A stretch of DNA of 64,000 bases from positions 544,001 to 608,000 of the forward strand of contig CAWCUS010000002.1 in NCBI GenBank assembly GCA_963798845.1, in the 5' to 3' direction. Positions within the stretch are counted from its first letter, which is position 1. Every line of letters begins with the position of its first letter. Source of the stretch: an uncultured Gemmatimonadales bacterium (lineage in GTDB: Bacteria > Gemmatimonadota > Gemmatimonadetes > Longimicrobiales > RSA9). The notes under the pieces were generated by a model, which saw only the letters and a program-made list of their open reading frames with translations, made no database searches and was not told the origin of the DNA. Below are positions 48,487-59,159 of the stretch, piece by piece. Both the position numbers and the translations under genes were made by a program.

Positions 48487-50229
48487 TCACCCCTCCGGGT
48501 CCACGCGGAACACTACCGCTTCCAGCCCTCCGACCCCGCCCGCGGGGAAGCGGCCGGCGACCCGACCGTCGGCGCCGACGGACACCCGGGCCGCATTCCC
48601 TGCTCCGAGAAGGGGTGAGATCGTGTAGCGGCCCGGCGCCATCGCTTCCGCGGGCAGGGTCAGTCGCACCGATTCCAGCGGTCGGGACCCGAGGTTCGCC
48701 ACCACCAGCGCGGTCTCGTCACCGGCGCGGCGCACGAATGCCATGACCGTGTCGCTCCCGGTGTCGAGCGGGAGGAAGTCGCCGCGGCCGAGCGCCGCAC
48801 TGCCGGTGCGGAGGTGGATCAGCGCCCGGTAGTGGTTGAGGAGCGAGCCCGGTTCGTCGGACTGCGCTTCCACGTTGGCGGTGAGCGAGTCGGGGTGCGG
48901 CGGCTCCCAGGGCATGGCGGAGGTGAAGCCGAGCCCGGGTCGGGTCGCCCAGGGCATGGGCGTGCGCAGCCGGATGTCGCCCCGGCGCTTGTCCCCCGTC
49001 ATGCCCAGCTCCTCGCCGTAGTAGACGAACGGGAAGCCGGGGAGCGTGAGGAGGAGGGTTGCGGCGAGGCGCGCGCGGGGCTCGTCGCCGTGGAGATCCG
49101 TCATGGTGCGCGTCTGGTCGTGGTTGCGCAGCAGCGTGGCGTAGCGGTGGTCGGGGATCGTGCGCTCGAGTCGCCCGACCTGGGCTTCGAGCGTGCTCTT
49201 CGAGCCCGAGCGGACGGCGCCCAGGATGGCGTCCGACAGTCCGAACATGAAGTAGCTGTCGAGCTGGTCCGGGTAGTACTCCAGGATGGCGCCGATGCTG
49301 TCCATGACCTCGCCCACGGTGAACACGGCGGGGTCCATGGCTTCGAGGGCGTCCTGGTAGTCGCGCAGCCACGGGTGCACCGCGGGCACGCTCTTCCACT
49401 CGCCGTCGGCCCCCTCGAAGAAGTGGGCGACGGCGTCCAGGCGGAAGCCGTCCACCCCCATGCTGTCCAGCCAGAAGCGGGCGATCCGCCCGGCCTCGGC
49501 GGTCACGGCCGGGTTCGCGAGGTCCAGGTCCGGCATGCCGCTCCAGAACAGTCCGTAATAGAACTCGTCGCGGTACGGGTTCCTGTGCCAGGTGGGGGCC
49601 TGCCATCCGGGCGAGGGCTGCGGCGCCGGCGCCCACCGGTACCAGTCGTGGTACGCGGAGGCCGGGTCCAGGAGCGCCTGGCGGAACCACGGGTGCTCGG
49701 ACGAAGTGTGGTTCAGCACGAGGTCGAACAGGATCCGGATCCCCCGACGGTGCGCCTCGTCGGCGAGCCGGCGGAAGTCGGCCTCCGTGCCGTAGTCCCG
49801 GTTGACTGCGAAGTAGTTGGTGACGTCGTACCCGTGGTACGAGGGCGACTCGTTCACGGGCATCAGCCAGATGCATCCGGCGCCGAGGTCGTCGCTCGTG
49901 GCCGGGTCCCCGTCGTTGATGTAGTCGAGTCGGTCGATCAGCCCGCGGAGATCGCCCACGCCGTCGCCATCACTGTCCTGGAAGGAGCGCACGAACACCT
50001 CGTAGCAGACCGTGCTCCGCCACCAGTCACCCGGCTCCGAAGCGCCGGCTCCGGTGGCGGCGGTCTGGGCCGTGAGCCGTCCGGGAGACACCGCCGCCAC
50101 GGCCGCCGCCAGCGCGATCGCGCCGATGGCGATGGCGGAGGCGCCCGGGCCCTTGGCGCCGGGGCAGGCGGTCTTCCGGCCGATTGCGGCCTTCTCTGCG
50201 GGTGGCTGGACGGCGAGCGAGCGAGTCAT
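48487..50229 (-). CDS. GH13 alpha-amylase family protein
   Basis: YEVFVRSFQDSDGDGVGDL, DLVLNHTS, GFRLDAV, VGEV, NHDQ, YYGEELGM; start uncertain. Confidence 0.93.
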   Translation of the reverse strand: MTRSLAVQPPAEKAAIGRKTACPGAKGPGASAIAIGAIALAAAVAAVSPGRLTAQTAATGAGASEPGDWWRSTVCYEVFVRSFQDSDGDGVGDLRGLIDRLDYINDGDPATSDDLGAGCIWLMPVNESPSYHGYDVTNYFAVNRDYGTEADFRRLADEAHRRGIRILFDLVLNHTSSEHPWFRQALLDPASAYHDWYRWAPAPQPSPGWQAPTWHRNPYRDEFYYGLFWSGMPDLDLANPAVTAEAGRIARFWLDSMGVDGFRLDAVAHFFEGADGEWKSVPAVHPWLRDYQDALEAMDPAVFTVGEVMDSIGAILEYYPDQLDSYFMFGLSDAILGAVRSGSKSTLEAQVGRLERTIPDHRYATLLRNHDQTRTMTDLHGDEPRARLAATLLLTLPGFPFVYYGEELGMTGDKRRGDIRLRTPMPWATRPGLGFTSAMPWEPPHPDSLTANVEAQSDEPGSLLNHYRALIHLRTGSAALGRGDFLPLDTGSDTVMAFVRRAGDETALVVANLGSRPLESVRLTLPAEAMAPGRYTISPLLGAGNAARVSVGADGRVAGRFPAGGVGGLEAVVFRVDPEG

Positions 50230-50353
50230 GGCTTGGCTCCGTTCCCGATGGTGGTTCGCGACGCGACTGTGATAGGTTGCGGGCGAGGATTCCGCAATCC
50301 ACACTGCACCATCCTCCACTCCTCGCCCGGGAGCCGTCCATGAGAGACAGCCG

Positions 50354-51367
50354 GTGAGCGTTTTCACGCTGACCAACGAGCACGGCCTGGAGGCCCGGGT
50401 GACGGACTTCGGGGGAATCCTGCTCTCGCTGCTGGTGCCGGACCGCGCGGGGCGCCTCGGTGACGTGGTCCTCGGCTTCGACCGTCCCTCGGACTACCAC
50501 TCCAACCCCGCGTACTTTGGCGCGCTCGTGGGGCGCTACGCCAACCGGATCGCACGGGCCCGCTTCGAGCTGGACGGCCGGGTCCACGTGCTGGCGGCGA
50601 ACGAGCCGCCGCACCACCTGCACGGCGGCCTGCGCGGCTTCGACCGGGTGACGTGGGAGGCGGAGCCGGTCCGGGACGACGCCGGGGACGGGCTGGTCCT
50701 CCGCTACACGAGCCCGGACGGCGAGGAGGGCTATCCGGGCACGCTCGACGTGCGCGTGCGCTACACGCTCACGGCCGCGGATGAGCTGGTGCTGGACTAC
50801 CACGCGGCCGCCGATCGGGCGACGCCGGTGAACCTCACACACCACAGCTACTTCGATCTCGCGGGGGGCGCCGGGTCCGACGTGCTGGGCCACGTCCTCA
50901 AGCTCGGCGCCGCGACGTTCACGCCGGTGGACCCGACGCTGATCCCCACCGGCGAGGTCCGGGCCGTGCAGGGGACGCCGTTCGACTTCCGGAGCCCCCG
51001 GCGCCTGGGCGAGCGCATCTTCGACCACGACGACCAGCTCCGGTTCGGCGGGGGGTACGACCACAACCTGGTCCTCGGGGCTCCCGGGGACGACGGCCTG
51101 CGCTTCGCCGCGCGCCTGGCCGAGCCCCGGACGGGGCGGGTGCTCGAGATCCGCACCACGGAGCCCGGTCTCCAGCTATACTCCGGCAACGGCCTCGACG
51201 GCTCACTGGTGGGGAAGGGAGGACGGCGCTACGGCCCCAGGGCGGGGGTGGCGCTGGAGACGCAGCACTTCCCCGATTCGCCGAACCACCCGAACTTCCC
51301 ATCCACCATCCTGAGGCCCGGCGAGGCGTTCCGTTCCCGCACGGTCCACCGGTTCCTTTCGGAATGA
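50354..51367 (+). CDS. galM: Aldose 1-epimerase
   Basis: GRYANRI, HLHGG, EEGYPG, NLTHHSYF, GYDHN, LETQHFPDSPN. Confidence 0.95.
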   Translation: MSVFTLTNEHGLEARVTDFGGILLSLLVPDRAGRLGDVVLGFDRPSDYHSNPAYFGALVGRYANRIARARFELDGRVHVLAANEPPHHLHGGLRGFDRVTWEAEPVRDDAGDGLVLRYTSPDGEEGYPGTLDVRVRYTLTAADELVLDYHAAADRATPVNLTHHSYFDLAGGAGSDVLGHVLKLGAATFTPVDPTLIPTGEVRAVQGTPFDFRSPRRLGERIFDHDDQLRFGGGYDHNLVLGAPGDDGLRFAARLAEPRTGRVLEIRTTEPGLQLYSGNGLDGSLVGKGGRRYGPRAGVALETQHFPDSPNHPNFPSTILRPGEAFRSRTVHRFLSE

Positions 51368-51386
51368 CCGGAGCGAGAGACGCGCA

Positions 51387-54119
51387 ATGAAGCGCCGGGA
51401 GTTCGTCCGTGCCATGGCCGTCGCCGGGGCCTACCCGCTGGTCGGGAGCGCGACCGTCACCGGCCCGTGGGCGTCGCCCCAGGCATCGCCCTCGCCCCGC
51501 GGAGGCTCGGCGCGTCTGGACACGGGCTGGCGGTTCACGCGTGGGGACCCGGAAGGGGCAGCGTCGCCCGCGCTCGATGATGGGACCTGGGAGCCCGTGG
51601 TGCTGCCGCACACGGCGAGGATCGAGGCGCTCGTCACCGGCGAGCCGGGGTCGCCGACCGCGCAGTGGCAGGGCATCTGCTGGTACCGCCGCCCGCTCCG
51701 CATCCCCGTTGAGGCGGCCGGGAAGAAGGTGTACCTGGAGTTCGAGGCGGCCATGAACGTGGCCGAGGCGTTCCTGGACGGAGAGCGGATCGGCGGTCAC
51801 GCGGGCGGCTTCCTTCCCTTCGTGCTGGACCTCACCGGCCTGGTGCAGCCCGGGCGGACGTCCCTGCTGGCGGTGCGCCTGGACAATGCCGACAACCCGA
51901 TCACGGGCCCCAAGCCGCTGCCGCTCCTCGACTTCAACACCTACGGCGGGCTGTACCGGTACGTCCGGCTGGTGGTGAAGGACCGGCTCCACATCACCGA
52001 CCCGATCCTGGCCGACGAGCCCGCCAGCGGCGGCGTGTTCGTCCGCTACCCTGAGGCGAGCCACGAGCGCGCCGTCGTCCGGGTCCAGACCCACGTCGCC
52101 AACGAATACGACGATCCCCGCACCTTCCGCGTTCGCACGACCCTCGTCGACGACGGGGACCAGGAAGCCGCCCGCGCGGTTTCGGGGCCGGTGACGCTGG
52201 CGAGCGGCGAGGCCAGGGCGGTGGTCCTGGAGATCACGGTGGACGCGCCGCGGCTCTGGAGCCCGGCCGAACCGAGCCTGTACACGCTCCGTTCGGACGT
52301 CCTGGCCGCGGGTCCCGGGCCGGGTGTCGTCGACGCCGAAGAGACGCGCATCGGCCTTCGTCGGATCGAGGTCTCGGTGGATGGCGGCTTCCGGATCAAC
52401 GGCGAGCGCATGTTCCTCCGGGGGACGAACCGGCACCAGGAGTACCCGTACGTGGGCTATGCCCTGCCCGCGGCGGCGCAGCGCCGGGACGCGCGCCGGA
52501 TCAAGGACGCGGGCTTCGACTACATCCGGCTGTCCCACTACCCCCAGGCGCCCGCCTTCATGGACGCGTGCGACGAGCTGGGGCTGGTGGTGATGGACTG
52601 CCTCCCGGGGTGGCAGTACTTCGGCAAGGACCCGGCCTTTGCGGAGCTCCAGTACCGGCGCACCCGGGAGCTGCTCCGTCGCGACCGCAACCACCCCTGC
52701 GTTGTGCTGTGGGAGGTGTCGCTGAACGAGACGGCCATGCCGCCGGAGTTCATCTCGAAGACCCAGGCCATCGCCCACGAGGAGTACCCGGGCGACCAGA
52801 TGGTGACCTGCGGCTGGGTGCGCGGCTACGACGTCCTCATCCGCGCCCGCCAGCACGGCGGCTGCGCCGGAATCGAGGACGTGCCGTGCCTCGTCAGCGA
52901 GTACGGGGACTGGGAGTACTACGCCATGACGGCTGGCTTCGACCAGCAGGACTACGCGGCGCTGTCTTCCGACGCGAGCAACAGCCGCCAGCTCCGGTGG
53001 CAGGGGGAGGCGGCCATGCTCCAGCAGGCGACGAACTTCCAGGAAGCCCACGACGACAACCTCGCCTCGCCGGCGTTCGCCGACGGGCTGTGGGTCATGT
53101 TCGACTACAACCGCGGCTACGCGCCGGACATCGAGTCGTCCGGGTGCATGGACCTGTTCCGGCTGCCCAAGTATTCCTACTGGTTCTTCCGCAGCCAGCG
53201 CTCGCCGCACGAGCGGCTCGCCCGGGCGGCCTCGGGGCCGATGGTGTTCATCGCCAGCGAGTGGACGCCTGCTTCCTCGACGGTTGTGCGCGTGTTCAGC
53301 AACTGCGAGCAGGTGGAGCTGCGGCTGAACGGCGTGCGGGTCGGCCGGCAGGGGCCGGACCGGGATCGCAAGAGCCGGCACCTGGCGCACCCGCCCTTCA
53401 CTTTCCACGCGCGGGACTTCGTGCCCGGGACGCTGGAGGCGGTGGGCTACATGGACGGCCGGCCGGCGGCGAGCCACACGTTGCGGACGCCCGGCCCGGT
53501 CGAGCGGCTCGGGGTCTCGTTCGACCTGACCCCGCCGGACACCACCGGAAAGGACCTGCTCTTCTGCCGTGCCCGGCTGGAGGATGCGGCCGGCACCGTG
53601 GTCCCGGACGCGTGGGAGAACGTGGCCTTCGGCGCCACGGGCGACGGGCGGCTGGTGGGCACCGACCCGTTCTCGAGCGACGCCGGCATCGCCAGCATCC
53701 TCCTGGAGACGCCCCCGGAGATGGAGTCCGCCGCAGTCTACGCCCTCTCCATCATTCGCGGGCCGGAGGGAGCGGCGCGGGTGCTGGCCGGAGCTGCGGC
53801 GCTGCCGATGCAGGCGTTGGGCTCGGCGGCCGGACCGGCGCGGTCGCCGTCCGCGGCCGGCTCACCCGAGGGCCCCGGATCCGGGGAGCCGGCGCCGCCG
53901 TACGACGTGCGCTTCACGACGGACGGTAGCGAGCCGGGGCCTGCATCGCCGCGCTACGCCGCCCCGATCGCGGCGGAGGGGCCGGTGCGTGCCGCGTTGC
54001 TCGTGGAAGGGCGCGTGGTGGCCTCGCTGGACGAAAGGACGGAGAGGTTCCGGATCCGGGGCAGCAGCGCGCCACCCCGACGCACGCCGTTCCGACACAC
54101 GAACCCGGGGCCGGAGTGA
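51387..54119 (+). CDS. GH2 glycoside hydrolase (beta-galactosidase-like), Tat signal
   Basis: MKRREFV Tat motif; GTNRHQEYP, IRLSHYPQ, RDRNHPCVVLW..SLNET, SEYG. Confidence 0.92.
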   Translation: MKRREFVRAMAVAGAYPLVGSATVTGPWASPQASPSPRGGSARLDTGWRFTRGDPEGAASPALDDGTWEPVVLPHTARIEALVTGEPGSPTAQWQGICWYRRPLRIPVEAAGKKVYLEFEAAMNVAEAFLDGERIGGHAGGFLPFVLDLTGLVQPGRTSLLAVRLDNADNPITGPKPLPLLDFNTYGGLYRYVRLVVKDRLHITDPILADEPASGGVFVRYPEASHERAVVRVQTHVANEYDDPRTFRVRTTLVDDGDQEAARAVSGPVTLASGEARAVVLEITVDAPRLWSPAEPSLYTLRSDVLAAGPGPGVVDAEETRIGLRRIEVSVDGGFRINGERMFLRGTNRHQEYPYVGYALPAAAQRRDARRIKDAGFDYIRLSHYPQAPAFMDACDELGLVVMDCLPGWQYFGKDPAFAELQYRRTRELLRRDRNHPCVVLWEVSLNETAMPPEFISKTQAIAHEEYPGDQMVTCGWVRGYDVLIRARQHGGCAGIEDVPCLVSEYGDWEYYAMTAGFDQQDYAALSSDASNSRQLRWQGEAAMLQQATNFQEAHDDNLASPAFADGLWVMFDYNRGYAPDIESSGCMDLFRLPKYSYWFFRSQRSPHERLARAASGPMVFIASEWTPASSTVVRVFSNCEQVELRLNGVRVGRQGPDRDRKSRHLAHPPFTFHARDFVPGTLEAVGYMDGRPAASHTLRTPGPVERLGVSFDLTPPDTTGKDLLFCRARLEDAAGTVVPDAWENVAFGATGDGRLVGTDPFSSDAGIASILLETPPEMESAAVYALSIIRGPEGAARVLAGAAALPMQALGSAAGPARSPSAAGSPEGPGSGEPAPPYDVRFTTDGSEPGPASPRYAAPIAAEGPVRAALLVEGRVVASLDERTERFRIRGSSAPPRRTPFRHTNPGPE

Positions 54120-54274
54120 TCGCCGTGGGGAACCCGCGTCTGCGCTTCGGCCGCATGTCCAACTGGACTGCCCGGCGCCGCGGCTCGGATCGACCTCACG
54201 TTTTCCGTGACCGGTTGTCCCGGGACCGGCTCGCAGCCAGGTCGCTGAAATGCGTGTCGAATCCACGAATCTTG

Positions 54275-54313
54275 TTGACAGAATGGTCGCCACAGATTAT
54301 CGAAATATATCTT
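54275..54313 (+). promoter_or_regulatory. Possible susC promoter region
   Basis: TTGACA at 54275 in an AT-rich patch; -10 ambiguous. Confidence 0.35.
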
Positions 54314-54526
54314 TCCCTCCTGGAAACCAGCCGTGACGCAGCACGTCAGGGTGTCGAGACACCAGTGCGACCAGCGGCAGGACCCGACTCTTCACGCCGG
54401 GGCCGTACCCGCGCATGGCTGGCCTGCGGGATACGCGGATTTCAAGGCTCGCAGGTTTGACACGGTTCTCCCCTCGCCCCGGGTCGCTGGCTGGCCAGGG
54501 CGGTTGTCGTACTCTCAGCTTGGAAG

Positions 54527-57499
54527 ATGTCCATGGGACGAACACGCTACAGCATCATCGGTGCGCTCCTGGCGGTGCTCGGTGCAGCACCGCTCCACGC
54601 GCAATCGGCTACAGGTGCGGTCGGCGGACGCATCGTAGACGAGTCCACGCAGCAGCCGCTTGCAGGCGTCCAGGTCAGCATCGCCAACCGCGGGTCGATC
54701 ACCCGGGACGATGGGGTCTACCTCATCACGAACGTGCCGGTCGGCACGTACAACCTCCGGACCACGATGATCGGCTATGCCGAGACAACGCAGTCCGTCA
54801 CGGTCGCCGCGGGCGAGACGGCTGTGGTGAACCTGGCGTTGTCGGTCCAGGTGATCGGCCTGAGCGAGATCGTTGCGACCGGCTACGGCCACCAGCGGGC
54901 CGGTGACATCACCGGTTCCGTGAAGCAGGTCAACTCGGCGCAGTTCAACACCGGTGCCGTTGTAAGCCCGCAGAAGCTGATCCAGAGCAAGATCGCGGGC
55001 GTGCAGGTGGTGGACAACAACGAGCCGGGTGGCGGGCTCAGCGTCCGGATTCGCGGCGCCACCTCCATCAATGCCAGCAGCGAGCCGCTCTACGTCATCG
55101 ACGGGCAGCCCCTCGGCACCGGCGCCGGCGGCGGAATCGCCACCTCGGGGCGGGACGCGCTGAACTTCCTCAACCCGGAGGACGTCGAGAGCATCACGGT
55201 CCTCAAGGACGCTTCAGCCGCGGCCATCTATGGGGCCAACGCCGCCAACGGCGTGGTCCTCATCACGACGAAGCGCGGGCAGGGCGGACCGCAGCTCCTG
55301 TACAACGGCTCCGTGTCCGCCTCCGCGGTCACCCGGCTGCCGGATGTGCTGAATGCGGAGCAATTCGCGGCGGCGGTGCAGGAGTACGCTCCGGCCCGCA
55401 CATCCTTGTTGCTGAACGCGAACACCGACTGGTTCAACGAGATCGCCCGAACCGGCTACGGGCAGGAGCACAACGTTGCCCTGTCGGGCTCGGGCGAGAC
55501 CAACGCCTACCGGCTGTCGATGGGGTACACGGAGCAGACAGGCGTGATCAGGTCTTCGTCGACGGACCGGTTGTCCCTGGGCGTGAATTACGATCAGCGT
55601 CTGTTCGACGACGCCTTCAAACTCACACTGAACGTCAAGGGTTCCCGCCAGCAGGACCAGCTGGTCCCCTCCGGCGTGATCGGGAACGCGGCCTCCATGG
55701 CGCCGACGCAGCCGGTGCTCGATCCCACGAGCGCGACCGGCTACTGGGATTGGAACACGACGAACGCCTCGCCGTCCAATCCGCTTGCTACCGCCGCCCT
55801 CGCCAAGAACAACGCGACGACCTATCGCAGCGTCGGCAACGTGCAGGCGGGCTACGCGTTTCCCTTCGTCACGGGCTTGAAGGCGAACCTGAATCTCGGC
55901 TATGACGTCGGCAAGATGAATCGGACCGACTTCGTGCCGAACAACCTGGCGGCCGAAATCCGTGAGCGGCACGGCCTGCTGAGCCTCACCAACAACACCG
56001 AGGCCAACTCGGTCCTGGAAGGTTATCTGACCTATGCGGCGCCGCTGTCCATCGTGCCGGGCGCCATCGACCTGACGGGCGGCTACTCCTACACGGGGCA
56101 GCACAGAGACAATACCTGGTACACGGGGACGGGTCTGACCAGCAACCTTCTGGGTGAGAACGGCATCACGTCGGCCGACAACGTTGCGAACGGCCAGAAC
56201 ATCACCGACTACAAGCTGATCTCCTTCTTCGGCCGGCTCAACTACAACGTCAGCGACCGCTACCTGTTGGCGGCGACGCTCCGTCACGACGGCTCCTCGC
56301 GCTTCGGCGCCGGCAACCAGTGGGGCACGTTCCCGTCGGTGTCCGTCGGCTGGCGGATCTCGAACGAGTCGTTCTTGCGGGACGTGGCGGGTCTTTCGGA
56401 CCTCAAGCTCCGCGCGTCGTGGGCGAAGACGGGCAACCAGGCGTTCGGCGACTACCTCCAGTATTCCACGTACACCTACAGCGACCCGCTGACGCAGTAC
56501 CAGTTCGGCGACGAGTTCGTCACGACGATCCGCCCGAGCGCGGTGGATCCCAACATCCACTGGGAGTCGACAGAGTCCTGGGACGTGGGCCTCGACTACG
56601 GGTTCATGAACCAGCGTTTCAGCGGCTCCATCGACTGGTACGTCAAGAACACCAATGACCTGATCTTCACCATTCCGGTGGCGGCAGGCACCAACCTTTC
56701 AAATTACGTCACCACGAACATCGGCAGCATGAAGAACCAGGGCGTCGAAGTCAGCCTGGATGCCAAGCTCCTGGATGGCGGCGATGCTGGCCTGAGCTGG
56801 ACGGCCGATTTCACGGCGTCCCACAACACGAACGAACTGACCAGCATCAATCCGACCCAGAGCGTGTCCCAGATCCTGACCGGCGGCATCTCCGGCGGCG
56901 TGGGCAACAACGTCGAGGTGTTCGAGCCGGGCTCGCCGATCAGGTCGTTCTTCGTGTACGAGCAGTTGTACGACGACAACGGCAACCCGATCGAGGGGAG
57001 CTACGCCGACCTGAACAACGACGGCCTCATCAACGACTCCGACCGCCGGCCGTTCCACGATCCGTCGCCGAAGTGGATGCTGGGCCACTCGTCGTACTTC
57101 AACTACCACAAGGTCGACGTGAGCTTCACGCTGCGGGCGTACCTGGGCAGCTACGTGTACAACAACGTGGCGTCCTCCCTGGGCGCCTACCAGAACCTCA
57201 CGGGCGCAGGCATGCCGGCCAACCTGGACGCTTCCGTCCTGGAGACGGGCTTCGTGGTGCCGCAGTATTACTCCGACTATTACGTCCAGGACGCGTCGTT
57301 CCTGCGCATGGACAACATCTCGCTCGGCTACGGCTTCTCATACCGTGGCCAGCCGTTGCGCATCTTCGGAACCGTGCAGAACGCATTCACCATCACCGGT
57401 TACAACGGCGTGGATCCGACGGCCGGGCTCAACGGCATCGACAACAACATCTATCCGCGCTCCCGCACGTTCACCGCTGGCCTGAACGTCCGGTTCTAA
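54527..57499 (+). CDS. susC: SusC/RagA family TonB-dependent outer membrane protein
   Basis: PLYVIDG, LNPEDVESITVLKDASAAAIYG.NAANGVVLITTK, DGSSRFG, YPRSRTFTAGLNVRF. Confidence 0.95.
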   Translation: MSMGRTRYSIIGALLAVLGAAPLHAQSATGAVGGRIVDESTQQPLAGVQVSIANRGSITRDDGVYLITNVPVGTYNLRTTMIGYAETTQSVTVAAGETAVVNLALSVQVIGLSEIVATGYGHQRAGDITGSVKQVNSAQFNTGAVVSPQKLIQSKIAGVQVVDNNEPGGGLSVRIRGATSINASSEPLYVIDGQPLGTGAGGGIATSGRDALNFLNPEDVESITVLKDASAAAIYGANAANGVVLITTKRGQGGPQLLYNGSVSASAVTRLPDVLNAEQFAAAVQEYAPARTSLLLNANTDWFNEIARTGYGQEHNVALSGSGETNAYRLSMGYTEQTGVIRSSSTDRLSLGVNYDQRLFDDAFKLTLNVKGSRQQDQLVPSGVIGNAASMAPTQPVLDPTSATGYWDWNTTNASPSNPLATAALAKNNATTYRSVGNVQAGYAFPFVTGLKANLNLGYDVGKMNRTDFVPNNLAAEIRERHGLLSLTNNTEANSVLEGYLTYAAPLSIVPGAIDLTGGYSYTGQHRDNTWYTGTGLTSNLLGENGITSADNVANGQNITDYKLISFFGRLNYNVSDRYLLAATLRHDGSSRFGAGNQWGTFPSVSVGWRISNESFLRDVAGLSDLKLRASWAKTGNQAFGDYLQYSTYTYSDPLTQYQFGDEFVTTIRPSAVDPNIHWESTESWDVGLDYGFMNQRFSGSIDWYVKNTNDLIFTIPVAAGTNLSNYVTTNIGSMKNQGVEVSLDAKLLDGGDAGLSWTADFTASHNTNELTSINPTQSVSQILTGGISGGVGNNVEVFEPGSPIRSFFVYEQLYDDNGNPIEGSYADLNNDGLINDSDRRPFHDPSPKWMLGHSSYFNYHKVDVSFTLRAYLGSYVYNNVASSLGAYQNLTGAGMPANLDASVLETGFVVPQYYSDYYVQDASFLRMDNISLGYGFSYRGQPLRIFGTVQNAFTITGYNGVDPTAGLNGIDNNIYPRSRTFTAGLNVRF

Positions 57500-57514
57500 C
57501 GAAGGGGACGGAAC

Positions 57515-59083
57515 ATGACCATCAGAAGATTGAAGATCGGGGTTGCGGCCGTCCTCCTGGCTGCCGGCATGGCCGGCTGCACGGACCCGACGGTGCTGCC
57601 CAAGAGCACGGTCACGACGGCGAACATCTTCACGGACCCGGGCTCGTACCGCGCATTCCTTGCGAGGATCTACGCCGGGCTCATCGTGACCGGGCAGCGC
57701 GGGCCGGCTGGGAACGCGGACATCCAGGGCATTGACGAGGGATTCAGCGAGTACCTGCGGCTGTACTGGTACCTGCAGGAGGTGCCGACCGACGAGGCAG
57801 TGATCGGCTGGAACGACCCCGGCCTTCCGACGTTGAACACGGACAGCTGGGGTGCGAGCAACAACATGGTCAACGCCATGTACTACCGCATCTACTTCCA
57901 GGTCATGCTGGCCAACGAGTTCCTGCGTCAGACGGTCGACGACTCCCTCGCGGCGAGGGGGCAGAGCGATCTCATGGATCAGGTGCACCAGTACCGTGCC
58001 GAGGCGCGGTTCCTGAGAGCGCTCAGCTACTGGCACGGGATCGACCTCTTCGGGAACATCCCGCTGGTGACGGAGGACGACCCCCTGGGCACGACACCGC
58101 CGAAGCAGGCGACGCGGGCCGACCTCTTCAACTACGTCGTCGGCGAGCTCGAGGACATCAAGAGCCAGCTGCCCGCGCCGGCGCCGACCAGCTATGGCCG
58201 GGCAACTCAGCAGGCGGCGAACATGCTGCTGGCGGAGCTGTACCTGAACGCGGGCGTCTACACGGGGACGCCGGATTGGCCGAACGCCCTGGCGTATGCC
58301 GAGGCGGTCATCAACTCGGGCAACTACAGCCTGAACCCGGTGTTCCGCAACAACTTCACGGCGGACAACAACCTGTCGCCTGAGATCATCTTCGCGGCCC
58401 CGCAGGACGGCAGCCGCACACAGACGTGGGGCGGGATGACGTTCCTGGTCCACGCCGGCTGCGGTGGCAACATGTCGGCGGCCGACTACGGCATGGACTA
58501 CTGCTGGGGCGGGTACCGCCTGAAGCAGCAGGTCTACAACCTGTTCACCCCCGGGGATGCGCGCGGCGCGTTCTTCTGGACGGACGGTCAGACGGTCACC
58601 GTGGACCAGATCGGCGACTTCAAGTACGGCGTCGCTGCGCCGAAGTTCACCAACAAGAACTCGGACGGCACCAACGCCTCGCAGCTCACCATGATCAGCA
58701 CCGATTTCCCCATCTTCCGGTTGGGTGAAGCGTATCTGATCTACGCCGAGGCCGCGGTGCGGTCCGGCACGAACCTGGGCCAGGCGCTGACCTACGTGAA
58801 CGACTTGCGGGAACGGGCGTTCGGCGACGCCACCCATGACATCACGGCGGGTGATTTGACCTTACCGTTCATACTGAACGCGAGGGCCCGCGAGCTGCTG
58901 TTCGAAGCACGGCGTCGAACGGACCTGATCCGCTTCGGCCTGTTCTCGGGAAGCAGCTACCTGTGGGCATGGAAGGGCGGCGCCGCGAACGGGCAGGCGA
59001 TTCCCGAGACCATGGATCTCTATCCGCTACCTGCGAACGAGATCATCGCAAACCCGAACCTCACGCAGAATCCGGGTTACTGA
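57515..59083 (+). CDS. susD: SusD/RagB family lipoprotein (starch-SusD-like)
   Basis: MAGC lipobox; EARFLRALSYW, FRLGEAYLIYAEA, RELLFEARRRTDLIRFG, NPNLTQNPGY. Confidence 0.95.
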   Translation: MTIRRLKIGVAAVLLAAGMAGCTDPTVLPKSTVTTANIFTDPGSYRAFLARIYAGLIVTGQRGPAGNADIQGIDEGFSEYLRLYWYLQEVPTDEAVIGWNDPGLPTLNTDSWGASNNMVNAMYYRIYFQVMLANEFLRQTVDDSLAARGQSDLMDQVHQYRAEARFLRALSYWHGIDLFGNIPLVTEDDPLGTTPPKQATRADLFNYVVGELEDIKSQLPAPAPTSYGRATQQAANMLLAELYLNAGVYTGTPDWPNALAYAEAVINSGNYSLNPVFRNNFTADNNLSPEIIFAAPQDGSRTQTWGGMTFLVHAGCGGNMSAADYGMDYCWGGYRLKQQVYNLFTPGDARGAFFWTDGQTVTVDQIGDFKYGVAAPKFTNKNSDGTNASQLTMISTDFPIFRLGEAYLIYAEAAVRSGTNLGQALTYVNDLRERAFGDATHDITAGDLTLPFILNARARELLFEARRRTDLIRFGLFSGSSYLWAWKGGAANGQAIPETMDLYPLPANEIIANPNLTQNPGY

Positions 59084-59107
59084 TCCCGGACGCAGCATCT
59101 GCATTCC

Positions 59108-59150
59108 CTGCAGCCCCGCCGCCTTCCGGGTGGCGGGGCTGCAGCATTTT
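59108..59150. terminator. Intrinsic terminator between susD and convergent amylase
   Basis: CTGCAGCCCCGCC ... GGCGGGGCTGCAG followed by CATTTT. Confidence 0.75.
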
Positions 59151-59159
59151 CCACTACCG